DNA from: Octopus vulgaris
Taxonomy: Eukaryota
Assembly (NCBI GenBank): GCA_951406725.2
Contig: OX597823.1
Coordinates: 51,212,001-51,276,000, forward strand
Direction: 5' to 3'
Length of the DNA stretch: 64,000 bases
Below are positions 52,642-64,000 of the stretch, in pieces (the stretch's first letter is position 1; the number at the start of each line of letters is the position of its first letter). The position numbers were made by a program, and so were the translations under genes. Below the pieces are notes generated by a model. That model made no database searches, was not told the DNA's origin, and saw only the letters and a program-made list of their open reading frames with translations.

Positions 52642-53427
52642 TCAGGTTTAAGTCAGTCTTCGTGCTTGGTAGTCACCGAAAAATAAGAGGATTCTGATTA
52701 ATCAAATCATGCAACAAATATTATTTTCACTTACAGAACAGAGGCTTTTGAAAACGGTTGTGAGTACTGATAATAATTTTTAGCTATCTTTATGCAGAAA
52801 AAGTCTTGCTGTGCACTCTAGTTTCTGAATATATAATAAATACAATGACTTATGTTACGAAAGTTTGAATTACAGAGAGATTTTGAGAAACTTTTCTGTT
52901 TGGTTAAGAACGAAACATTTCAAAATATATTTTTTGATGTGTGAATCTTTTCGGAGGCAGGGATTAAATGACAAATGTCATTATTGTAAGCGTTATTTTG
53001 TCTCTTGTGGGCACCTCTTAAGCAAAGTGTATCTCTCAGAGGGAAACATTCGGTAATGTAATATACGTTCATGACTTGTGTTACAAACGCTATCATAAAT
53101 ACAATTCTTAATCAGTTTACTCTTCTAGGATACTACACTTTAGTACGCGTATTCATTTCTTGCACGCACATTAACATGTTGCGCGTACATAAAGACTTTT
53201 TTTTTACGCTAGATGTAAAACATGTGAGGATGAACACATGCACACAGTTTAGACGTTACAGTATTGAACAACAGATTCACGTTTCGCCACAGTCATAACT
53301 AGATGCATCAGCTTAACCTAAACACTAGGCTAACGTGCCTAGTCATAAGAAATATTTCATGTAGAGTGTTATTAACCCATTAACGCCCATTGTCCCATTT
53401 TTAGACAGATTTTAAATCCAATATAAA

Positions 53428-53610
53428 TATTGGTTTCAAATGCTGGAACAAGGTCAGCAATTGCAAGGACTAAAATGATTAAATCGACCTAAGTGATCAG
53501 CTGTACTTACTTCGACTTTTGCAGGATTTGAACTCAGCGCTTCAGGACGGACGAAACATCGCTAAGCATTTTTCCCGGCGTGCTAACGATTTCGCCAGTT
53601 CGTTGCCTTA
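53428..53610 (-). mobile_element. SINE family B with internal deletion
   Basis: GATTTGAACTCAGCG...GCTAAGCATTTTTCCCGGCGTGCTAACGATTTCGCCAGTTCG. Confidence 0.8.
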
Positions 53611-54169
53611 AATTTCATATTAATATTATACTGACTTTTGCATTCATTTGTTATATATTTCATATTACAGTATTCTACAAGTATACTATTAAAACAAGTC
53701 ATATAAATGAGAAATTTCATGAAAGAGTCCTTTGGAGTTACGAAAATGGAAAAAATTATAATATTCTTAGTTTAATTATGGCTTTAATGAGTTTAGCTTA
53801 TATATAGAAACTATTTTAGACAAGAGTATATACGAGAGTATATAAAGCTGTAAATTTGTAACGGGTATTCTGAAAACAGCTGACGGAGTGACGACCGTTC
53901 CCTGCACAGTTATGGACTGCCCTTTGGTAAGGCATAGCATCCGTGCAGTTAAGCCAGGAGACTGAAGCATGGTGGATTGTGAAGATGCAGCGAAAGAGCT
54001 CAGCTGAGACAACGACGCTTCTTACATCGATGGTGAGCGGTGGAATCTTGGAAGATCACAAAACTCTACCAAAAGAGTAACTGCAACGCTTCAATAGAGT
54101 TGGCGCTCATGGCTGTGTAATCGGCTAAAGGAAGATTCTCTATGACACGAGTTCCCAATTCAAATTTAT

Positions 54170-54372
54170 GAGAATCGTTAGCATAAAGGAAAAACTAAAT
54201 TCGCGACATTTTTTCGGCTCTTATGCTCTGAGTTGCATACCTGTTAAGGTCAACTTTGTCTTTCATCCTTCCCTGTCGGTAAGATAGGGATACCTGTCAA
54301 AACTAGATCGTTGTAATAGACTTGTGTCTCGCTTTGAAGTTGCTGGTCATAAGCCAAATTATAAATTTGTTG

Positions 54373-54410
<38 letters not shown>

Positions 54411-54417
54411 GTTGTTG

Positions 54418-54490
<73 letters not shown>

Positions 54491-55330
54491 TATTATTATT
54501 CCTGTAGGCGCAGGAGTGGCTGTGTGGTAATTAGTTTGCTTGTGAGTGGATTTGGTAGACAGAAACTGAAAGAAGCCCGTCGTATATATGATTGTTTGTG
54601 TGTGTGTGTGTGTGCGTGTGTGTGTGCGTGTGTGTGTGCGTGCGTGCGTGTGTGTGTGTGTGTGCTTGTGGGTCTGTGTTTGTCACCTCACCATCGATTG
54701 ACAACTGATGTTGGTACGTACTCGTAACTTAGCGGTTCGCCAAAACAGAACGATAGAATCAATACTAGGCTTACAAAGTCTTCGGGTCGATTTGTTCGTC
54801 TAAAGGCAGTGCTCCACCATGGCCGCAGTCAAAAGACTGAAACAAGTAAAAGAATAAATAATTTTAGGCGACGAACTGGCAGAATCGTTAGCACGCTGGA
54901 CGTTCTGTGTTCAAATTCCGCCGAGGTCGACTTTGACTTTCGTGTTTTTCGGGGGTTCGATAAATGAAGAACCAGTGAAACACTAGGGTTGATGCAATCG
55001 ACAAAACTCCACTCCTCCAAAATTCCAGGCCTTTTGCCTTTAAATGAAAGGGTTATTAGTATTATTAAGGCGGCGAGCTGTCAGAATCGTTAGTGTGCCT
55101 GACAAAAAGCTTAGCAGTATTTTTCTCTCCATTATTTTCTCTGTTCAAATGTGTAGGTGTGTGAGTGCACGCGCGCATATATGTTTGTTCCTACAACTGC
55201 TGGACCACCAGTGTTGGTCTCTCTTTATTTCCCCAAAGCAAAACATATAAGTACAGTGATCAATTTGTTCAATTAAACCCTTAGAGGTGGTGTCCTAAGA
55301 TGGCTGCAGTCCAAAGACTGAAGCAAATGA
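54170..55330 (+). mobile_element. SINE cluster: B (54170-54365), (ATT)n, A (54507-54855), B (54866-55050), B head (55068-55150), A tail (55180-55330)
   Basis: Family motifs as above, all on the plus strand. Confidence 0.8.
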
Positions 55331-55491
55331 AATGCATATACACTCACACATACACACATACATGCACACTCACATACATACATACATACATACATACATA
55401 CATACATACATACATACATACATGCATATATTTATACACATACAAACATACATATATATATATATAATATATATGTGTATATACACATATG

Positions 55492-55800
55492 TGGAGGCGC
55501 AATGGCCCAGTGGTTAGGGCAGCGGACTCACGGTTGTAGGATCGCGGTTTCGATTCCCAGACCGGGCGTTGTGAGTGTTTATTGAACGAAAGCACCTAAA
55601 GCTCCACGATGCTCCGGCAGTGGGTGGTGGCGATCCCTGCTGTACTCTTTCGCCGCAACTTTCACTCTTTCTTCTGTTGGCCTGCTCGCTTAGCCAGCGG
55701 GGTGGCGTCATTTGAAGACTAAAACAATGCGAAGCGCATTGTGACCAGCGATGTGTAGCAACATCTGATAGCCTGGTCGGCCACGGTGATCACGGTGATA
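55492..55800 (+). mobile_element. tRNA-derived SINE with family C-like head and a distinct body/tail (type 4)
   Basis: TGGCCCAGTGGTTAGG (A box), GGTTTCGATTCCC (B box), tail ending in CACGGTGAT x2. Confidence 0.85.
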
Positions 55801-56269
55801 TATACGTATGTAGCCATGCATGACTGTACGTACGCACGTATACATAAGTGCGTGGGTGTGAGTGCGCTCACAGTAAATTGCAACGTAAAAATGAAGATTT
55901 ATAGACAATAATTTTTTCCTGCTCGTATATTTACAAACACCCATTGCAGAAGAATTATTTCAGTAATACTTTTACTTCAAATTTTGGATCAAAAGCTCTA
56001 AATGTCTGTTGAAAATATGGTTCCTAAATCAATTTAAAGTTAACTACAATTCTAAATTCTTTTGTGTGTCATACATTTTCAGAATACTTTCAAAAATTAG
56101 AGGAATATTAAATTTCAAAGAAAGTACTTCTTTGAACAATTATGCGTAGCATAATTATTTTCTTCGGGCTAAGAATTCAAAAGAAAATCTATATATTACA
56201 GAAAGTTATGACAGAATAAAAAGCAGTAAGACGAAGTTGTAAAGAAGACAACTTTAACGTATATAAAAT

Positions 56270-56281
56270 ATGTATATATAC

Positions 56282-56339
<58 letters not shown>

Positions 56340-56508
56340 GGAAAGAGAGAAACAGAGAGATAGATATATATATATGTATATATATATGCTTATATATATA
56401 TAAATATATACACATATATATATGTATATTTATATATATATTTGCATACATATATATGTAGATATAAATATATACATATATACATGCATATATATACATG
56501 CATATATA

Positions 56509-56542
<34 letters not shown>

Positions 56543-56740
56543 GTATGCACTTATATATGTATATATACAGAAATATAAATACATATGTATATATATATAA
56601 ATATTTATCTATATACATTTATGTATACACATATATACATATATATATGCATATATATATACATATGCATACATATATATAAGTATATATACATATATAC
56701 ACACACACATATATATATATATATATGATATATATATATA

Positions 56741-56778
<38 letters not shown>

Positions 56779-56910
56779 TGTATACATATATACACATACC
56801 TACATATATATGAATATATATGCATGCACACACAGACACAAACATATTCACACACATAACACAGACACACATATATATACACACACATACATATATATGT
56901 ACACATACAT
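56270..56910. repeat. (AG)n and long degenerate TA/CA tract
   Basis: Read directly. Confidence 0.95.
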
Positions 56911-57080
56911 ATGTGTCTGGGGGAGTCATTTTTGTTTTATTGCCGTGTTAATTAGCACACACGCCAGTTCGATTTCCACTCATTTATATATTTTTTCCTA
57001 AAATTTTCGTTGCTTCTTGCCACCTCTTTAATAGTCGTTGACTATGCGTTATCAGAGCCGCATTCTTTTTGTTTGTGGGC
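56910..57080 (-). mobile_element. pLTR-like fragment (family of 5844-6369) with degenerate hammerhead at 56998-57034
   Basis: Minus strand CTA-TTAAAGA-G-GTGGC AAGAA GCAAC-GAAA ATTT-TAG. Confidence 0.65.
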
Positions 57081-57110
57081 TTGTATGTGTCAGTGTGCAT
57101 GTGTATACGC

Positions 57111-57141
<31 letters not shown>

Positions 57142-57232
57142 TGTATGTATGTATGTATGTATGTATGTATGCATGTATGTATATATGTATGTATGTGTGT
57201 GTATGCACGTATGTGCGTGTATGTACGTATGC

Positions 57233-57276
<44 letters not shown>

Positions 57277-57284
57277 TTATATAT

Positions 57285-58738
<1,454 letters not shown>

Positions 58739-58930
58739 GTATGTATGTATGTATGTATGTATGTATGTATGTATGTATGTATGTATGTATGTATGTATGT
58801 ATGTATGTATGACGTGGCGTGACTGGGTTTGCTTTCCTACCGCATAATTTCGTGTTCAATCCCACCGAGTGGAATCTTGGCCAAGTGCCTTCTATTATGA
58901 CCTCGGTCCAACCACAGACATTATTATTAC

Positions 58931-58980
<50 letters not shown>

Positions 58981-58983
58981 TAT

Positions 58984-59433
58984 AGGTGCAGGAGTGGCTG
59001 TGTGGTAAGTAGCTATAGGTGCAGGAGTGACTGTGAGGTAAGTAGCCTCCTTACCAATCACATGGTTCCGGGTTCATTCCCACTGCGTGGCACCTTGGGC
59101 AAGTATCTTCTACTATAGCCTCGGGCCGACCAAAGCCTTGTGAATGGATTTGGTAGATGGAAACTGATAGAAGCCCGTCGTATATATATATATATTTATA
59201 TGTGTGTGTGTGTGTGTGTGTATTTGTGTGTGTGTGTGTTTGCCCCCCCCCCCCCACATCACTTGACAACTGATGCTGGTGTGTTTATGTCCCCGTTATC
59301 TAGCGGTTCGGCAAAAGAGACCGATAGAATAAGTATTAGGCTTACAAAAAATAAGTCCTGGGGTCTATTTGCTCGACTAAAGGCGGTGCTCCAGCATTGC
59401 CACAATCCAATTACTGAAACAAGTAAAAGAATA
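58984..59433 (+). mobile_element. SINE family A, full length, with a 33-bp 5' duplication
   Basis: TATAGGTGCAGGAGTG.CTGTG.GGTAAGTAGC occurs twice, then the full body. Confidence 0.9.
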
Positions 59434-59497
59434 AAAAAATTAAAGAAAATTCGCGTGAAAATAAATTTTTGGAAGATTTCAGACATACTCTCTTACC

Positions 59498-59910
59498 CGT
59501 TTATTTGTTTCAGTGATTTGACTGTGGCCATGCTGGAGCACCGGCTTTAGTCGAGCAAATCGACCCCAGGACTTATTCTTTGTAAGCCTAGTACTTATTC
59601 TATCGGTCTCTTTTACCGAACCGCTAAGTTACGGGGACGTAAACACTCCAGCATCTGTTGTCAAGCGATGATGGGGGGGGGGACAAACACAGACACAAAC
59701 ATATACCCACACACACATACTTATATATGTATATGTGTATATATATGCATATACATATTTACGACGGCCTTCTTTCAGTTTCTGTCTACCAAATCCACTC
59801 ACAAGGCTTTGGTGTGCCCGAGGCTATAATAGAAGACACTTGGCCAAGGTGCCACGCAGTGGGACTGAACCCTGAACCATGTGGTGCGTAAGCAAGCTAC
59901 TTACAACACA
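59498..59910 (-). mobile_element. SINE family A, near-full length, tail-to-tail with the previous copy
   Basis: Reverse complement of 59030-59433. Confidence 0.9.
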
Positions 59911-60302
59911 CCTATATATCATGATCAAGAACAGCATCAATGTTGCAGATACTCATTCCTGCCCCTTATGAATCTACCAATACCTACCAGTTAATAATAT
60001 GTATGAAAATTAATGGGCCCACATGAAGCATATTTCTATTTGAAATTCATCGCTGAAATCGGTATGATGGTGGTGGTGGAGGTGGTAATGGTGGGAGGTG
60101 TTGCTGTGGGGTGTCCATTCTTACTATTAACTGATTAAACTGTTAATATCATACTTTGTATTTTCATCAAACGTTCTCGAGATCGCTTCTCAGCCGTTTC
60201 CGATGATGGACTGAAAGAAAAACAGAGTAAATAAACATGAACTCATGGTTAGCAATCCGATTTAGAATCGGAAAATATATTTAGTCGAGGAAGGTTTTTC
60301 TG

Positions 60303-60304
60303 TT

Positions 60305-60350
<46 letters not shown>

Positions 60351-60380
60351 TTTCTTTTCTTTTTTTTCTTTCTTTTCTTC
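60303..60380. repeat. (TTTC)n microsatellite
   Basis: Read directly. Confidence 0.9.
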
Positions 60381-62393
60381 CCTATTACTTTCTGGGGTTT
60401 AGGATGCTAGAATATAAGTAAGCATCGGAGATGCGATTCATTGTTTTATCTTCTAAGTGCAATTGTCACCCCACCCCCAAGTAATCTACTTCAACAGACC
60501 TCAGAAATGTTGGCTATTATTACATAATCATTTCGGTGACTTTGATATTTTTTTTGTCCAACAGAAATGGAGATCTTTCAATAACGATTACATATATTCT
60601 TTCGACTATCACATCTGATGGAAAGTTATGATATTTGTATACTCCGTTTGAAAAGAGTTAAAATATGATTTCCGTGGTATTCTATTAACCAATATTACCA
60701 CTCGAAACTCGTTCGGTACAACATCTTTCTTAATCTTCTTTGTTCTTGTTTTGGGAGACTTGTTTGTTCAGAATGCCCTATAGGCAGAGTTTCCGTAAGC
60801 TGAACGAATTAACTACTCTCCATTATTGAGCATTGATCTAAAAATGACTGCTCACTCGTTCTGACCAATTCTTTTTATATGATTAGTCTGTCTAGACTGC
60901 AAGTAAAGTCTGCAGTTTTCCTAATGACTCTAATATGTCGCCAAAAGCAGTTATGAACATATTATCATGTGTTTCTTTTGTTTTAAAGCCGAATCAAGGT
61001 TTTGGTCAGGGTATGGTGGGCAAAGTTCTTAAGAAAGAAGGAAAAAATTATATGAAGATAAAATGGATAGAACAAAGAGAAAAAAGAACAAGAGGCTTCA
61101 TGATAATAATTCTAATAATATCCGGCCTTGGGCAAACGTTTGTGGTTAGTGGTCAGGCGCTGACCAGTTTCTTTGAAGCAAGTGAAGATGGAAGCTATGG
61201 TAAATTATTTGGATGTAGTGGTATGAAAGTTAATATGGCTTTAGTGTGAAGTAGATTCAGTTTGATCATCACGATGTAGAAAACGGAAAAAAGGGAAAAT
61301 ATTATTTGATCAAAAATAAGAAGCCGTACAAGAGAATGTTAACTGTTTTATAAAGTAAGTCGTCCTATGATTCATGCATGACACATGCACACAGAAGCAG
61401 GCTTGTATGTATGTGTGTATGCGTTTACACATGCACCTTATGCATGTATGTGCATGTATATACATATGTGTGTATACGCTTATTAATACTCATAAAAATA
61501 GTTGCATGCACATGTTTTATGATGTGTATACACGCGCACATCACATACAGATATATATGAGATTGTATGTTGTTTTCTTAATGCAAATCTTAACAGTATA
61601 TCATAGATATGTATAAATAACTCTTTTTGCACACATTCTTCATTGACGCAAGTATACACAGATAAAATTACATATATGTACACACGCGTATATGTGTGTA
61701 TGAAGCGGGCTATGTTCATTTATGTGCATTTGCGCTGAATGATGCAAGATCGTATTATTAAAACAAAATATAATTGGATGCATACCAACGCTATCCTTGC
61801 TTTCCTCGCTGAGAAGCGATGATGCTTTCAACAAAGTACATGGATGCAAATTAACTTTGTATTTTTTTCTTTTTTCTATTTTTTTTAAAGCAATCTGTCT
61901 CTGTTGAAGAAGTAATAGGTGACCGAAGACAATCAAATCTTCACAGGATGGAAAAACTCAAGTTTCTGAGAGATTATATTTACCGAGGAAAATCAATGGG
62001 CATTCTGTTTGGTGGCGGTCTTTGGAAGTTTAAGGCAAGCGCTGGAGACGTTATGACCCTAGGCCTAAGAAGCTATTCAACCTGGTGCTGGATACCTGAG
62101 ACTACTGAGTACAGTAAACTGATTATTTCTGTGTAATGACTCTGATTTAGAGGAAGAGATAAAATCCAACGGCAAATTGGATATAAAAAAGTGGTAGTCA
62201 CCGGCTGCGTGTAAGATGATGGCATGTAAAGTAAAATTGTACAGGAAGAGCGCATGAAGAATAAATGTACATTTGTACAAGAGAAAGGTTACATAGATGA
62301 GTAGATTTTTTTGAAAGCCGTAAACAATTCTAAGTTTTTTTCTGTTTTCTTTCTCCATCTGAATGTTAAATTTCAATTACTTATGAAGTATAT

Positions 62394-62655
62394 AAAAATA
62401 AAATAAATGCGCTCTTTTAAAGCCCAACTAGGCTCATGGGCCCTGTTTCCCGGTTTCTATGGCGTATGTGTTCCCCAGCTGGACGGGACGGCAGTCCATC
62501 GCAGCGTTACTCATTTTTGCCAGCTGAGTGGACTAAAGCAACGTGAAATGAAGTGTTTTGCTCAAGAACACAACGCATCGCCCGGTACAGGAATCGAAAC
62601 CACAATCTTACGATCATGGTGCTGACACCCTAACCACTAAGCCACGCGCCTCCAC
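62394..62655 (-). mobile_element. SINE family C, tail type 2, with probable TSD
   Basis: Minus head TGGAGGCGCGTGGCTTAGTGGTTAGGG; TATGAAGTATAT at 62382-62393 and 62659-62670. Confidence 0.9.
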
Positions 62656-62758
62656 TTCTATGAAGTATATGCGTTCCCTATTTCGTATATCACACCCCGC
62701 ACCAGAAGAATTTGAACTTAACAATGAATGCTATAGTATACTTTATAAATCTCATATA

Positions 62759-62990
62759 TATTTCTTTACTACCCACAAGGGGCTAAACATAGAGGGGACA
62801 AACAAAGACAGACAAAGGGATTAAGTCGATTACATCGACCCCAGTGCGAAACTGGTACTTTATTTATCGACCCCGAAAGGATGAAAGACAAAGTCAACCT
62901 CGGCGGAATTCGAACTCAGAACGTAACGACAGACGAAATACCGCTAAGCATTTCGCCCTGCGCGCTAACGTTTCTGCCAGCTCGCCGCCT
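62759..62990 (-). mobile_element. SINE family B, full length, alternative tail, 17-bp TSD
   Basis: TSD TTTATAAATCTCATATA at 62742-62758 and 62991-63007; tail ...GTTTAGCCCCTTGTGGGTAGTAAAGAAA. Confidence 0.92.
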
Positions 62991-63011
62991 TTTATAAATC
63001 TCATATAGTTT

Positions 63012-63362
63012 AGGCTTGGCTGTGTGTTAAGAAGTTTGCTTCTCATCTACATGATTTCGAGTTCAGTGTAACTGCATGACACCTTAAACAAATATTTTCT
63101 GTTATAGCCACGAACCGACCAATGCCTTTTGAGTGGATGTGGCAGGTGGAAACTAAAAGAAGCTTGTCGTGTGTGTGTGTGTCTTTATGCCTGTGTTTGA
63201 CCCCCATCCCCACAACGTAGCGGTTCAGTAAAAGGGTCCGATAGACTAAGTACCAGGCTTGAAAAAAAAAAGTACTGGGCTCGATTCGTTCGGCTAAAAT
63301 TCTTCAAGGCGGTGCTCTAGCATGGCCGCAGTCTAATGACTGAAACAAGTGAAAGATAAAAA
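63012..63362 (+). mobile_element. SINE family A
   Basis: TGGCTGTGTGTTAAG ... GGCGGTGCTCTAGCATGGCCGCAGTCTAATGACTGAAACAAG. Confidence 0.85.
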
Positions 63363-63774
63363 CTAAAAAGTGATGTATTTGTGATCTGAATTGCCTATTT
63401 GCAACTAGGTGGGCGGTATTATTTGAAAATCTTCGATCTACTTGTCTTGGCTACCAAGCAGTACCAGTATCAAAATGCGAACCGCTAGCGGCTAGGCTAT
63501 CTTTACTTCACTTTTACTGAGTAAATATTTAAATGTGTAATGTTGATATGATTGAAATTCATATGTCCCACAGGTGATTAAAAAACACAGCAGAATTAAC
63601 CATCATTGCTCAACTGCCGATTATGTAGAAACTTGCTCTCTTTATTGGTTAATCTTAAACAAGTAATATCGTGAATAAAACCAAAATGCTGTGATCAAGA
63701 TATTCAATTACTAGAATTTTACGTCCGTCTGTTTTTCTTTTTCTTCTATATAAAATGAATACCTTAATTCCGTC

Positions 63775-63847
63775 AATGTAAAGACGGACGAAACGTCGCT
63801 AAGTATTTTGCCCGGCATGCTAACGGTTTTGCCAGTTCGCTTCCTTA
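63775..63847 (-). mobile_element. SINE family B head fragment
   Basis: GACGGACGAAACGTCGCTAAGTATTTTGCCCGGCATGCTAACGG. Confidence 0.7.
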
Positions 63848-64000
63848 ATCACAACTAATATTCAGTTGTAAAAACAAGAGGGATCGGAAGCTCTTGCAAA
63901 TTGATTCTATGAGGCGTTTTAAACCTCAATGTGAAAGACAGTCCATTCCATATGTATTGCAACTTAAATTTTATTCACATTCTTTAAAACATAAAACCTT

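Noticed and set aside
55492-55570. tRNA gene candidate (also at other SINE heads)
   Set aside because: A and B boxes continue into SINE bodies; no clean acceptor stem or terminator
60935-61260. 104-aa ORF; opposite strand has KETGQRL, resembling the GIY-YIG ETGRRL motif
   Set aside because: Only one short motif, flanking GIY/YIG residues absent; needs a profile search before any claim

Overview
AT-rich eukaryotic, essentially non-genic DNA (intron or intergenic). The repeat content (tRNA-derived SINEs, dense TA/TATG/TATC/AAT microsatellites) strongly suggests an Octopus genome; this is inference from recalled repeat families, not a database result. Almost all tracked ORFs are microsatellite or SINE translations. 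The only long real reading frame is a 5'-truncated CR1/L2-group LINE reverse transcriptase (57401-58636). The window also has a decayed hAT (Charlie/Buster-like) transposase, a mariner 3' end, two non-autonomous Helitrons and about 40 SINE copies or fragments built from exchangeable modules. The most striking signal is a set of non-coding elements carrying minimal type I hammerhead ribozyme motifs of the kind known from Penelope-like element pLTRs. They sit mostly in microsatellites and repeatedly form fold-back palindromes with one outward-facing hammerhead per strand (3040-3656, 5844-6369, 45091-45490, plus a mirror-symmetric cluster at 11.6-13.1 kb). No host gene could be identified; three weak exon candidates are noted.
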